This document shows, piece by piece, positions 48,112 through 60,300 of a DNA stretch of 64,000 bases. The position numbers and the translations under genes were made by a program. The notes below the pieces were generated by a model. The model worked only from the letters and a program-made list of their open reading frames with translations. It did no database searches and had not been told where the DNA came from. The stretch is taken from contig CAVZXS010000011.1 in NCBI GenBank assembly GCA_963779325.1, positions 400,858-464,857 on the forward strand. The letters run 5' to 3'. Origin of the DNA: an uncultured Bacteroidota bacterium (GTDB taxonomy: Bacteria > Bacteroidota > Bacteroidia > Chitinophagales > Chitinophagaceae). Each line of letters starts with the position of its first letter. Within the stretch, counting starts at the first letter, position 1.

Positions 48112-50241
48112 ATGCAAATAGAAAAACCGGCAAGGTCGTTATGGCCGTCATTGCGCCAGGCAAAGACTGACAGAACAAGTAAGTCTGCATCTGAAAATCA
48201 GCAATTGTTTTTCAACTTCAACGCTATACGGCTTACCTGCATAATCTGCTTCGCCATCTCTTCGTTTTCAAATTACCAAGCCGATTTAACCTACAGCTTT
48301 TACATTACCGCTTCCTGTTGCCTGCTGTTCATCGCAAGTATTTATTTCATTAGTGCAAAAAGGCTAAATTTACTCAGGTACTTTTTTGTCGTTGTATTTA
48401 ATATTGCCATTCTGTGGCTCAGTTACGCCGAAGGGCTTGCATCCGGCGATTATCTTTATTTATTCGCCTTATTGCTCATTTGTATTTTTATATGTGATCT
48501 GAAGAATTCCATTTCACTCATTGCATGTTATTCACTTACTCTTATTACATTAGTATTATTGTTTATACTGGCGCCTGTACACAGCAGCGTACAGCGCATG
48601 AACGAACAATTGGAACAAACCACCTTCTTCGTCAATATTTTTTCTTCATCCATCGTAGTTTGCATAATATCTTACTGGTTGCTGCGGCAAAATTATTTAA
48701 ATGCAAAAGGATTGGCCGAAAAACAGCATTTCCTGGATGCCGTATACAATACATCGTTGGATGCCGTTTTTATAGCGGATATTAATACCAATCAAATTAC
48801 CAATTGTAATTTACAAAGTCTCAAGTTGTTTGATGTAACGAGTGACGGGCAGCTCAAGAATCAACCGCTTACTATTCTTTTCAAAAACTTAGAAGAATCG
48901 GGTGCGGCGGCGCAGGCCTTGCAGGATCCGGGTCGTTCCTGGCAAGGCGATTTAATTTGCCTTACTTCCGCCGGCACAGAGTTTCCCGGTTACGTCAGTA
49001 TCGTTCCGTTGATTTATAATGAAATGGTTTTTAAAAAAATAAATATTCTTGATATTTCCGATATTAAAAAAGTAGAAGCCGAATTAGTAATTGCAAAAGA
49101 AAAAGCCGAGTCGGCTATGAATGCAAAATCCAAGTTCTTATCAAATATGAGCCATGAGTTGCGAACACCGCTCAACGGCATTATCGGAACCGCTAATTTA
49201 TTGATGGATGAAGCAAGCATGCCCGAACAAAAAGAACATTTCGGTTTGTTGAAATACTCATCAGAACACATGCTCAGCCTCATAAACGATGTACTTGATT
49301 TCAGTAAGATTGAAGCGGGCAAAATGGATTTAGAAAAAATTCCTTTTAACTTAAAGGAGCTTTTTGGAAAAATGCACAGTTTGTTTGCGGCGCAGTTTGC
49401 TGCAAAGGGAATTGAACTGGAGTTTAATGCCGATGACAAACTCAATCGTTATTTCATGGGCGATGAAACAAGACTGAGCCAGGTACTCAGCAACCTGATC
49501 GCCAATGCATTAAAATTTACCGAAAGAGGAAAAGTAACCGTAACGGCGCATATGCTCAGGTCTACCAGTAAAACAGCTATGATTTCTTTTTCTGTAAAAG
49601 ATACCGGTATTGGTATTACGGAGCAACAGCAAAAAATTATTTTTTACAGCTTTACACAAGGTGATACCACCACCACCAGGAAATTTGGCGGTACGGGCCT
49701 TGGGCTTTCCATCAGCAAGCACATTATAGAGTTGTACAACGGCGAGCTGAAAGTAGAAAGTAAAAAAGGGCTGGGCAGCAATTTCTTTTTTACACTGCAG
49801 CTTGACCTGCAAATGGAGAACAAGAGCTTTGTGAATGAAAGAGTGCTGAACACGTTAATCAGTTTAAAAGATATAAGAGTATTGATTGCGGAAGACAACA
49901 CGATTAATATGCTGATAGCAAAACGCTTTTTGCATAAATGGGAAATAACAACGGAAGAAGCGGTAAACGGTATTGAAGCATTGGAAAAATTCGCCGCCTG
50001 TCATTTTGATGTATTATTAATAGATCTTGAAATGCCCGAGATGGACGGCTACAAAACCATCGCCGAAATCAGGAAGAAAAATCAATCAATTCCGGTCATT
50101 GCTTTTACCGCCGCCGTGTATGACAATATGCAGGCTGATTTAATAAGTCATGGTTTTACAGATTATATTCAAAAGCCTTTCCGGCCCGAGGACCTGCACA
50201 AAAAATTATCAATGTATGCAAAAGTGAAACAGCCTTTATAA
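48112..50241 (+). CDS. hybrid sensor histidine kinase/response regulator
   Basis: N-terminal TM region, HisKA H-box MSHELRTPLNGI, HATPase (GTGLGLSISKHI), C-terminal REC (LIDLEMPEMDG). Confidence 0.8.
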   Translation: MQIEKPARSLWPSLRQAKTDRTSKSASENQQLFFNFNAIRLTCIICFAISSFSNYQADLTYSFYITASCCLLFIASIYFISAKRLNLLRYFFVVVFNIAILWLSYAEGLASGDYLYLFALLLICIFICDLKNSISLIACYSLTLITLVLLFILAPVHSSVQRMNEQLEQTTFFVNIFSSSIVVCIISYWLLRQNYLNAKGLAEKQHFLDAVYNTSLDAVFIADINTNQITNCNLQSLKLFDVTSDGQLKNQPLTILFKNLEESGAAAQALQDPGRSWQGDLICLTSAGTEFPGYVSIVPLIYNEMVFKKINILDISDIKKVEAELVIAKEKAESAMNAKSKFLSNMSHELRTPLNGIIGTANLLMDEASMPEQKEHFGLLKYSSEHMLSLINDVLDFSKIEAGKMDLEKIPFNLKELFGKMHSLFAAQFAAKGIELEFNADDKLNRYFMGDETRLSQVLSNLIANALKFTERGKVTVTAHMLRSTSKTAMISFSVKDTGIGITEQQQKIIFYSFTQGDTTTTRKFGGTGLGLSISKHIIELYNGELKVESKKGLGSNFFFTLQLDLQMENKSFVNERVLNTLISLKDIRVLIAEDNTINMLIAKRFLHKWEITTEEAVNGIEALEKFAACHFDVLLIDLEMPEMDGYKTIAEIRKKNQSIPVIAFTAAVYDNMQADLISHGFTDYIQKPFRPEDLHKKLSMYAKVKQPL

Positions 50242-50512
50242 TATTCGTTTTCATTCGCCTCTTTCTCCTTAAAAGTCATTTGGTTTATTTTTAGCGGAAA
50301 AACCGGCTTACAAGCATTTAAAATACAGGTTTCCCGCGGTCCGATATTTATGAACCATTTGACATACTGACTAACAACCTTCCCTTATATTTGCAACTTG
50401 TTCAATACTTCCCGTGTAAATGATAACTGCGAATAACTAATTTTATTCACGCGGCGTACGAAACAATTGAAGGCGTCCCAAAGGGAGGTTAAAAGCAGAT
50501 AAATAAAAAATT

Positions 50513-51217
50513 ATGATGAAACGTAAGCATATTGTTTTATTAATATTATTGATTTTAATTTTTGACCAGGCATTAAAAATTTGGGTAAAAACAAGTTTTA
50601 CCTGGCAGCAGCAGCAGCCTGTTGCAGGCAATTGGTTCCGTTTATTTTTTATAGAAAATGCGGGCATGGCCTGGGGCTGGAAGCTGGGAAATGAATGGGG
50701 CAAAGTAGCATTAACTTTATTCAGGTTGGCCGCGGTAATTTTTGGCGTATGGTATATAGGTAAAATAATAAAGCAGCGTTATCATAAAGGATTTATTATT
50801 TGCGCCGCACTTATTTTTGCCGGCGCCCTTGGCAATTTAATAGACAGTATGTTCTACGGTCTTATTTTTGATAAAGGTATGTTGTATGATGCCGCGGTAA
50901 AAGATCATGTGGGTTACTCAGGCATTGCTAATTTTTCTGCAAAAGGCTATACGGGTTTCCTGCACGGCAATGTAGTGGACATGTTATACTTTCCCCTTAT
51001 TGAGGATAAGCAATGGCCCGGCTGGGTTCCGTTTATCGGCGGCGACAGGTTTACTTTTTTCTCTCCTATTTTTAATATCGCCGATGCTTCTATTTCCGCA
51101 GGCGTTATTACATTGTTACTTTTCCAAAAGCGTTTTTTTAAAAAAATGCACGGTCACGATGAGCCGGCAACCGTTGTTACCAACACTGAAGTAAATGACA
51201 ATGCGCAGGTGTCTTAA
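50513..51217 (+). CDS. lspA: lipoprotein signal peptidase (signal peptidase II)
   Basis: 234 aa; FFIENAGMAWGW, NVVDMLYFPL and FNIAD blocks match SPase II conserved regions. Confidence 0.8.
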   Translation: MMKRKHIVLLILLILIFDQALKIWVKTSFTWQQQQPVAGNWFRLFFIENAGMAWGWKLGNEWGKVALTLFRLAAVIFGVWYIGKIIKQRYHKGFIICAALIFAGALGNLIDSMFYGLIFDKGMLYDAAVKDHVGYSGIANFSAKGYTGFLHGNVVDMLYFPLIEDKQWPGWVPFIGGDRFTFFSPIFNIADASISAGVITLLLFQKRFFKKMHGHDEPATVVTNTEVNDNAQVS

Positions 51218-51273
51218 AAAGATAAAGGCCGTTATGTAAACGACCTTTATTATAATCCGAATAACAAAGAGAA

Positions 51274-53610
51274 CTATTTTTTCTTTAGTAAGGTTTTCGT
51301 TATTGTTTCGCCATTTACCGATACTTTTAAAATATAAATACCCGCGGATAATGAAGCGGTTTCTGTAACGGTTAAACTGTTCATCCCCTGCGAAAGTGTA
51401 TAATTTATTTTTTTGAGCAAATTACCCGACGAACCTATAAGAACTGCTTCCGCCTTAGCTGTTTTATTATAATTTATTTCAAAATTTATATTACCGGTAA
51501 ACGGATTGATCACCGTACCAAATGCAAATTCATTAGTTCCGGGAGTAAGTACAACAATACGGCTGTAAATAAATTTATTTTGATTATTTTTTATCTTAAT
51601 ACGGTAGTACACTTTCCCGTTAACAGCTTCAGGATCGGTAAAATTGTATACGTTTAAATCATTACCCGGGTTATTATACCCTGCAATACTTCCTGCCGCA
51701 GCATAGTTAATACCGTTATCACTTCTTTCAATATCAAAATAAACCTCTTCGTCTTCCGTGCCGGTACTCCAGGTAAGTTTTGCGCTGCTATTATTTAATT
51801 TACCGGTAAAAGAAATAAGATTAACAGCCAGCGGCGGCGGGCAATCGAGAAAATTAATTGAGATTGTATTAGTAGGATCTGTAAACCTGCAATTTATATT
51901 TGACAAGTTGGGTGTAGTACTTGCTACCACCATTCTGTATTTATCGGTGCTGTTGGCAGGCGCAGTCCATGCAAGGGGAATTGTATAGGCTGCAACGTAT
52001 TGATAAGCTGTTCCGTTCCATACCGGGGTAGCAGGACCCTGGTTGCCGGTTATATCATTCCAGATCGTACCTCCGTCAGTGCTTCGTTGCCATTTGTAAT
52101 AAACATAGTTATTAAAAAAAGATCGTACTGTGTCATAAATTGTTACCGGGTTATTTTTACAATAATCCGGAACAGCAGCCGGCGAATACTTCATGTTGGG
52201 CGAGCAAGATGCAACCGTAATATCATCCAACGCCCAGTCATTGCCTCCGCCGCCGGGTGCGTTATTAAAAAATTTCATGGTAAAACTTGTTTGCGCATTA
52301 CCTGTTCTGAAAACCAATCCTTTTTTCACCCATTGCCGGGTATAATTTAAATTGCCGGTTGTATAATAATCTACATTATCCAATGCGATAGCAAGGTTAG
52401 GTTTTACCCCCGATGAATCTGCAAACCCCGGCGCACCCGGTGTAGTGGGTATATAGCCGGCGGTATTTGCACCCGTACCGTTCGAATCGGTTCCGCACTC
52501 GGAACAAATATTCCTCATCCAAAAAGAAATTTCGTAATACGTATTGGGGCATAAATTAGAAATGGTATGCTGAAACGCGGAGTCAATTCGGTATGCTGCA
52601 TTTATTACGAGCATATAACCGCCGGTTTTACCGCCGGTTGTATCTGTAGCAGGGTTTCCCAGCGCAGGCGATGCAGCACCGGTATGATCGCCAATAATAT
52701 CCCATACAGTAAAAACGCGGTGACTTGGTGCGGAAGCATCGGGTATGGCCCAGGTATTTAATGTTGTATAATTTGTACGTGCCGAGGTATTATTGGCAAT
52801 ACCATAAGTATAATCATTTGGCGCACTTTGTGTAAATATTTGATACAGATATCCCGCCGGTACATTGGCTGATGCTACCCTGTTGCGTGTATTACCGCTG
52901 CCAAAAGTTCCGTTAAACTCTGCACCCAATGCATTAACGCCGGTAGCATTGGTACAGAAACCTATATTTTGATATAGTGCAACAACACGGGAAGGAAATC
53001 GAAAAGTAACAGGTGCTGCTAATGAGGTGCTTAATTTATAAGTCATGGTACCAAAACCCATATTAATAAAAGTGCCGGTAGCAGCCGTTACTTGTACTCT
53101 ATAGGAGGCCACCTGTATAGTGGAACCGCCAAAAGTCGGTTTGTGCCCGGCACCATTTCTTATCCTTCCTCTTCGGTACACTGTTGCCGGTATATCTGTT
53201 TGCAGATAGCCCATATTAATTCGCAATGCTGTAACAGATGGAGATACGACTGTTATCCACCCTTCATCGTTGGGTGTAGTTGGCGCCGTAAATCTTGCGT
53301 CGCTGAATTGCTTGTAAATTTTACCCTCGTTGGTAAGTACCCTGAGTGTACCTGCTATATACGATGTGCCGGCAGGTATGGTATCAAAAAAAGCACAGCT
53401 GTCATAAATTAATGAACGAACAACAAAGGAGGCTCTTATCTCCAGTATATCGCCTGCATCAACCGTACCACCGGCGGGCTTGGAAACGTTGATATAGCTT
53501 TTACCGAAATCAGGTTGTGCATCGGCATGCAAAAAGCTAAAGAAAAAAAACAAATAAAAAAATGGTTTTACATAAGTCGATTTAAATAGTACAAGTGTTT
53601 TCATACGCAC
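51274..53610 (-). CDS. large secreted protein with T9SS C-terminal domain (tandem paralog of 53876..57127)
   Basis: 778 aa; signal peptide; shared blocks (LEIRASFVVRS..DSCAFFDTIPAGT, RGRIRNG, GGGGNDWALDDITV, YVYYKWQRS); C-terminal Por_Secre_tail-like FAFGTVINPFTGNINFEI..GIYILKVSVNGETITKTLLKKK. Confidence 0.65.
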   Translation of the reverse strand: MRMKTLVLFKSTYVKPFFYLFFFFSFLHADAQPDFGKSYINVSKPAGGTVDAGDILEIRASFVVRSLIYDSCAFFDTIPAGTSYIAGTLRVLTNEGKIYKQFSDARFTAPTTPNDEGWITVVSPSVTALRINMGYLQTDIPATVYRRGRIRNGAGHKPTFGGSTIQVASYRVQVTAATGTFINMGFGTMTYKLSTSLAAPVTFRFPSRVVALYQNIGFCTNATGVNALGAEFNGTFGSGNTRNRVASANVPAGYLYQIFTQSAPNDYTYGIANNTSARTNYTTLNTWAIPDASAPSHRVFTVWDIIGDHTGAASPALGNPATDTTGGKTGGYMLVINAAYRIDSAFQHTISNLCPNTYYEISFWMRNICSECGTDSNGTGANTAGYIPTTPGAPGFADSSGVKPNLAIALDNVDYYTTGNLNYTRQWVKKGLVFRTGNAQTSFTMKFFNNAPGGGGNDWALDDITVASCSPNMKYSPAAVPDYCKNNPVTIYDTVRSFFNNYVYYKWQRSTDGGTIWNDITGNQGPATPVWNGTAYQYVAAYTIPLAWTAPANSTDKYRMVVASTTPNLSNINCRFTDPTNTISINFLDCPPPLAVNLISFTGKLNNSSAKLTWSTGTEDEEVYFDIERSDNGINYAAAGSIAGYNNPGNDLNVYNFTDPEAVNGKVYYRIKIKNNQNKFIYSRIVVLTPGTNEFAFGTVINPFTGNINFEINYNKTAKAEAVLIGSSGNLLKKINYTLSQGMNSLTVTETASLSAGIYILKVSVNGETITKTLLKKK

Positions 53611-53875
53611 GGACTTTTAGGGTATATAGGTGTAGCAACGGTTATATAAAATTAGGAGTAAGCAAATCCTTTAACAATAGACGTATCACTGCATTTTTCG
53701 CAGTTAATACTTTTTGGCAAAATCGTAATTCCCCTGCTGATTTTTTTGCGGCATGACAGGGTTTTCCATGTTTGCCCCGCTGAAGAAGTCAATAGGAGGG
53801 GCATAAAAAAAACACCCTGTTTAAAGCAGGATGTTTTTTAGTTGATTTTTCTAAAACAGAAAGGCAGCGGAAAAA

Positions 53876-56800
53876 TTATTTTTTCATCACCCGTTTAGTA
53901 ATGATCGATCCGTTGTTATGTAAACGCAGGGTATATATACCTTTTGACAGAACTTCTGCGTCAGTAATACTTAAACTGTTGGCACCCGCGGCCAAATAGA
54001 ACGATTTTCTTTTTACAACTCTTCCGTTTTGATCAATAAGTTCGGCTTCAACATTCGCATTCTTGGGTACAAATACTTCAAATAACAATTCATTACTGAA
54101 AGGATTGATTACGGTACCGAAACTGAAGTCTTTCGCATCTTTATTAAGCTGTACAATGCGTGAAATTTTTCTTTTGTTATCGTTGCTTACCATTACAATC
54201 CGGTAATGTGCTTTCCCGTCTACTTTCACAGGGTCCGTAAATGAATATTGGTTTGTTTCCGATACGCTATTGCTGTAGCTGTTAACCGTACCGATGGTTG
54301 TATAGTTAATTCCGTCAGCGCTTCTTTGCACTTCAAAACGAAACGAAACATCTTCTTTAGAAGTGGTCCAGAATAAATTGGCCAGACCATCCGCCAGTTT
54401 GCCATTAAACGAAAGTAACGTTACATTGAGAGGCCAGGGGCATTCTATATAATTAATCGTAATATTATTCACTACATCCGTTGAACTGCAATTGGCATTT
54501 GAAAGATTAGCTGCTGTAGTACTTACTACCAACCTGTATCTATCCAATGCGTTTGCGGCTCCTGTCCAAAACCAAGGAACAGTATAAGTAGCTACATACT
54601 GATAAATGCTGCCGTTAAAGGTTGGAACAACCGGGCCGATATTTCCCGTAACAGCCGTCCAGGGTCCAACACCGTTTACACTCCGTTCCCATTTATAATA
54701 TACATAGTTGGGATAAACCGATCTTACTGTATCTGTAATAAAAACAGGATTGTTTATGCACCAATCGGGTGTAACTGCCGGAGAGTAACTCATATTAGGC
54801 AAACAATTAGACACCTGTATATCATCCAAAGCCCAGTCATTGCCGCCGCCACCCGGAGCATTATTGGTAATAGCCAATTGAATACTTGTTTGTGAAGGGC
54901 CTGTAACAAAAGTAAACCCTCTTTTAACCCACTCGCCGCTGAAACCCCGATACGTCATATTGCCCGTGGTATAATGGTTTACATTATCAACAGAAAAACT
55001 CAGGTTGGGATAAACACCTGAAGAATCGTTAGGTGCAGTAGGAATGTATCCGACAGGCACAGTTACACCCGAAGCTCCCGCACCTGTAGAATCACCGGCG
55101 CAACGTTTGCAAATATTTCTTACCCAGCATGATATTTCATAATAAGTGCTCGGGCAAAGATTTGATATATTGTATTTAAACGCTGTATCAATATTATACG
55201 AAGCATTTACAAGCAACATATATCCGCCTGTAGCGCCGCCTGTAGTATCAGCAGCAGGATTTCCGGCTATGGGGTCAGCTGCACCTGTATGATCACCAAT
55301 TATATCAAACACACCAAAAACGCGGTGATAATCTAAGGGACCTGCGCCATCGGGGTCAGCCTCGGGTTTGGGCCATGTATTTATGGTGGAATACGTAGCC
55401 GGCGTTGAATTTCTGCTGGTATTATTCGGGATACTGTAAAAAAAGTCGCCCGGATCGCCGCCGTTCATTGTTGTATAAGTATAACCGGGCGGCACATTGG
55501 GCGATGGAATTCTGTTTTTAAAATTCCCGGAACCAAATGTACCGTCAAAATCTCCTGTAAGTGTGTTATCCAAAATATTTAGACCTGTAGCATTGGAACA
55601 CAAACCGTAGTCTGTATAAACGATAACGTTATTATTGTTAAATGTATTTGTAATAATCGTTGCAGGAGTTGAATAATTAGCATACGTAAAGGTACCTCCT
55701 CCCAAACTGATGATATTACCAACTGTTTGCGTTACCGTAACCCTGTACGAGGCGAGCATAATACTGGAGCCGCCGCCTACAACCGGTCGATGGCTATTCC
55801 TGATTCGGCCCCTGCGGAAAGCTGTAGCCGGGTTATCACCCGGGTTATATCCCATATTTATTCTTATAGCCGAACCTGCTATTTGACCTTCATCATCTCC
55901 GGCAGCATCAGTAAATGATTTATACACTTTTCCTTCATTGGTTAAGATAGCTAGTGAGCCGGGTACATAAGTAGTACCTGCCGGTATGTTATCAAAAAAT
56001 GCGCAACTATCCAAAATACTTGTAGGTCGCAGCACCACCGATGCTCTTATTTCCAAAACATTCCCGGTTTCTACAGTACCGCCGATAGCATTCTTTGTAA
56101 TATTCTGAAAACTTTTTCCGAAGAATACTACAGGTGCGGTGGTGGCAGGATTCTGAACACAAATAGTAAAGCCCCCATTAGCATTAAGCGATATACTGTT
56201 ATTACTGTAAACACGTATATAATAGGTATTACCAACCGTTAAGCCATTTGGATAAAGCACAAGATTCCCCGTACCATAGTTGCCTTGTGTACATTGAATA
56301 GAAGTAAGACCAAAACAGGAGCCTGAAAAAATTTGTGCCCTTACCGGACCGCCAATACCGGAATTATTTAAAGCGATGGCACTACCGATACCGCTTATAG
56401 TAACCGTTTGCGTATTGTATTGCGCTACAAAACTATACCATACATCATCATCAGCAGTACCTGCACAAGGAGCTGCAGCCAATAAAGAATTTGTTGCTCC
56501 TACTAATGTACCGGTTGCCTGACTTGCCGGCGCAGTAGTGGTACAGGTGGTGTTAGGTGTTAGTGCAACGGTTGTAAGACAATTATCATTCGCCGGCGAA
56601 TTTACTTTAGTAACACAAATAGTAAACTGTCCCTGGCCGGTTCCGTTGGCGTTACTGTGAACACGTATGTAATAAGTATTCCCGTTAATTAAATTGGCGA
56701 GTGTAGCTGTTTCAGCAGTACCGGCACCAGTAGATGCATTTTGACAAACAACAGATGTAAATGTACCCGTACAAGTATTATCGCTGCTGGAAAAAACCTG

Positions 56801-57127
56801 AAATACAGGATTATTAAGTGAAGTGCCGCCGGAAGGTGTCACAGTTACAGTATGCGATCCGCCATTTGCAACAAACCTGTACCAAACATCGTCATCGGCT
56901 GTACCTGAACAGCCTGCCAGCGATTGTGTGGCAGCTACTGTAGTTCCTGTAAATTGGCTGATAAAGTTGGTACAACCGGTTCCTGTTGTAGTGGGAGTTA
57001 TCAATACAGAACCTCCGCAATTATCATTTGCAGGTTGTGCAAAAACTATTTGGGGTATAACAAAAGATAGTAAAAATGTAAGTACAAAGAAATTAATCCC
57101 GTCTTTAATACGTAAGAGTTTTTTCAT
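53876..57127 (-). CDS. large secreted protein with N-terminal PPC-like repeats, conserved unknown core and T9SS C-terminal domain
   Basis: 1083 aa; repeated ..DDDVWYRF..NTYYIRV.. PPC-like modules; core blocks shared with 51274 protein; C-terminal FSFGTVINPFSNELLFEVF..GIYTLRLHNNGSIITKRVMKK. Confidence 0.65.
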   Translation of the reverse strand: MKKLLRIKDGINFFVLTFLLSFVIPQIVFAQPANDNCGGSVLITPTTTGTGCTNFISQFTGTTVAATQSLAGCSGTADDDVWYRFVANGGSHTVTVTPSGGTSLNNPVFQVFSSSDNTCTGTFTSVVCQNASTGAGTAETATLANLINGNTYYIRVHSNANGTGQGQFTICVTKVNSPANDNCLTTVALTPNTTCTTTAPASQATGTLVGATNSLLAAAPCAGTADDDVWYSFVAQYNTQTVTISGIGSAIALNNSGIGGPVRAQIFSGSCFGLTSIQCTQGNYGTGNLVLYPNGLTVGNTYYIRVYSNNSISLNANGGFTICVQNPATTAPVVFFGKSFQNITKNAIGGTVETGNVLEIRASVVLRPTSILDSCAFFDNIPAGTTYVPGSLAILTNEGKVYKSFTDAAGDDEGQIAGSAIRINMGYNPGDNPATAFRRGRIRNSHRPVVGGGSSIMLASYRVTVTQTVGNIISLGGGTFTYANYSTPATIITNTFNNNNVIVYTDYGLCSNATGLNILDNTLTGDFDGTFGSGNFKNRIPSPNVPPGYTYTTMNGGDPGDFFYSIPNNTSRNSTPATYSTINTWPKPEADPDGAGPLDYHRVFGVFDIIGDHTGAADPIAGNPAADTTGGATGGYMLLVNASYNIDTAFKYNISNLCPSTYYEISCWVRNICKRCAGDSTGAGASGVTVPVGYIPTAPNDSSGVYPNLSFSVDNVNHYTTGNMTYRGFSGEWVKRGFTFVTGPSQTSIQLAITNNAPGGGGNDWALDDIQVSNCLPNMSYSPAVTPDWCINNPVFITDTVRSVYPNYVYYKWERSVNGVGPWTAVTGNIGPVVPTFNGSIYQYVATYTVPWFWTGAANALDRYRLVVSTTAANLSNANCSSTDVVNNITINYIECPWPLNVTLLSFNGKLADGLANLFWTTSKEDVSFRFEVQRSADGINYTTIGTVNSYSNSVSETNQYSFTDPVKVDGKAHYRIVMVSNDNKRKISRIVQLNKDAKDFSFGTVINPFSNELLFEVFVPKNANVEAELIDQNGRVVKRKSFYLAAGANSLSITDAEVLSKGIYTLRLHNNGSIITKRVMKK

Positions 57128-57310
57128 GGAATGGACGATTTGGCTTTTCTAATTGGATAAATGATCTTGCGAAAATACAGTGCATCTGTTTTTTTTACAA
57201 TAGTATAACTGCTAAACTTAAATGCGAACTCTACGTATAATAATTAAGTATTAATACCATTGATACAAAAACAACCCTGCCTTACTTTCGTTGCCAAAAT
57301 CCACTATTAA

Positions 57311-60300
57311 ATGAAAAAGCTACTATCCTGCTTACCCATTCTGTTTATATCCAACTATTTATTTGCGCAGGCAGGTAATAACACCTGCGCCACAGCTTTA
57401 AATCTTAATACTTTATCCGGCAATTATACAGCTACCCGGGGTGATTTATATCTGGCTAATGCTACTGCTGCCCCAACCGGTACTGCCTGTACGGGTACAA
57501 GGTATGATGTGTGGTATAAGTTTACACTCCCTGCAGGTTCCACCAGTGTAATCATTACCGTAGTACTCGATTTACCTAATACGGGAACAGGCAGTCTTAC
57601 AAATACCAATACATTTATTGAACTTTTCAATACCGCTAACTGTACACTTACTTCAACCTCTACCGGTGGTTGTAACAATGTATCGCAGTCAAGAAAATAT
57701 ACGGGCTTAACAGGCGGCGGAACTTATACATTCCGGGTTAATACTACACAAAATCCAAATGTACTTGCCCAGCCATACTACGGATTTAATCTCTTTGTAG
57801 TTCCTAACAATGATAATTGTAATAATCTCGCTACTGTTTTGCCCGCCGGCGGTACAGTGGACGGCAATCTTCTTGCGGCAACTAATTCCGGCGTTGCAGT
57901 GGCACCTTGTACCGGTAATCCCGATGATGACATCTGGTATAGCTTTAATGCATTATATAATTATGCTACTATTACATTAGGTAATATTGGCAGTGATTTG
58001 GCTGCATCAGGTGCAAGGATGCAATTGTTCTCAGGAACTGGAGCTTGCGGAAGTCTTGCTTCTCTTGCCTGCAGTGGTACCGGTGATGTTATTAATGCAA
58101 CAGGTCTTACTGTCGGCAATACTTACTATGTAAGGGTGTATTCGGCCGGTACAGGACAAGCGGGTACCAACTGGGGTTTCCGTATTTCATTAACACCTTC
58201 GGCCAAAGTACAATTACAAGGTAGCCGTATGAGGGAAGTATTTCATCAGCAAATAATATCAGCACCGCAGGTGTTGGCCGATCCATGGGAGGTTACTTAT
58301 GGTCCTGATAATAATTTGTGGTTGACCGAATCGAAAGGCTATAGGGTTTATATAGTAAACCCCACAACAGGTGTACGGGATACTATATTAAACATTTCAC
58401 AAGGTGCTACTTTTTTACCGGCAGGAGATCAAACCTTCAATGCACAATTCAATATTAACACTAATGGTGCGCAGGGCGGCCTCGCAGGTCTGGCTATTCA
58501 CCCCGAATTCATAACTAATCCTCTCAAGAAGTTTGTGTACATATCTTATATATACAGTTATGATTCCGCTTCTGTATTTAATGCACAATGCAAATTTTTT
58601 AAGAACAGGTTGGTAAGGTTCACTTATAATACAGGTACTAACCGTTTAGAATCACCGGTATCACTTTGCGATACACTGCCGGGTGGTAATGACCATAACT
58701 CGCAACGAATGATAATTGCTCCGGTTGGCGGGACAGATTATTTATTTTATGCTTCAGGCGATATGGGTGCAGGTCAATTAAATTGTGCGGCAAGAGCAAT
58801 GAAAGCTCAACAGCTTAACTCTTACGAGGGTAAAATTTTAAGGTTTAATCTTGAACCTGATGGCGATGCAGGTTTAAATGCCTGGATACCCAGTGCGGGT
58901 GCAAATGCTAATCCGTTTAATGCAACCTTGGGAGTGCAAAGCGCTGTTTGGGTAAATGGTATACGTAACAACCAGGGATTTGCATATGATCCTGTATTAG
59001 ATAAATTGTACGGATCATCTCACGGCCCATACAGCGATGATGAAATAAACATTATAGAGCAGGCAAGAAACTACGGGCATCCATTAGTAATTGGATTTGC
59101 CGCAGATAATAACTATGCCAATGCATCAGCAGGTACTCCGAAAAATACACCCGCTTCCACTTGCCCCATTATTGGCAGCGAGATTACCAATGCTTCAAAC
59201 ATTGGAGCAAGTTATAAAGATCCACTGTTCTCAGCTTATCCCAACAGCCCTTCGTATCCGAATATCTATACCAATATATGGAATGCAACAACAACACCAA
59301 ACAATGGTAACTGGCCATCCGAAGGATGGTCCGGTCTTGATTTATATACGAACACTGTTATTCCCGGTTGGAAAAAATCATTAGTCAATGCTTCATTAAA
59401 ATGGGGCAGGTTGGTACGAATGAGATTAGGGACTGCCGGCACTACAACATTGCCTAATAACACTGTTAATGATACGATCAGTTATTTTGGAAGTATAAAC
59501 CGTTTCCGTGATCTGGTTTTTGCACCTAATGGAAAGGATGTTTATGTAATTATGGACAGGTCTACTTCTACCTCAGGTCCCAGTTCATTATTCCCCGTTG
59601 TACCTTCTTGCCAGGGCTGCCTGCAGAAATACACGTTTCTAGGTTATAACGATGACGGAACAGGCAAAAGCACCATACCTGCTTCTATTGATGTTACAAC
59701 TGACGCCACGAATTTTGTGTGCAATGCCGGTACAAGTGTAACCATTGATAATACCAATAATAATCTTTGGGTACCTATTACGGGGCCCGATGGCAATATA
59801 TTGGCAGAGATAAAAGCCAACGGCAATAACCTGGGGCTTATTACATCCTCTTTTTATCAAAATGCGGGAGCAATAAGAGTACGTAATTCCAACCGTTACC
59901 TCGATCGCAATATCACCATTACACCTGCAGTACAGCCTTCTTCTGCTGTAAATATCAGATTGTACCTGACAGCGGCCGAATACAATGCACTGGATGCAGA
60001 CCCGCTGAGTGGTGTAAGCGCTATTGGTGATTTAAAAATTTTAAAAAATAATGATGCTTGTGCGGCAGCTGTTGCTTCCAATACAACATTGATTAATCCA
60101 ACATTTACTCTGGCGCACGGCGCCGGTGGTTATATGTTGCAGGGCAATACAAGTACCTTTTCTTCTTTCTATATCGGCAGCAGTAATATTACCTTGCCTT
60201 TACAGTTAATCTATTTCACCGGTACATTAAAAAACAATGCAACCTTGCTGAACTGGGAAACAGAGAACGAAAAAAATGTTTCATCTTTTAATGTTGAAAG

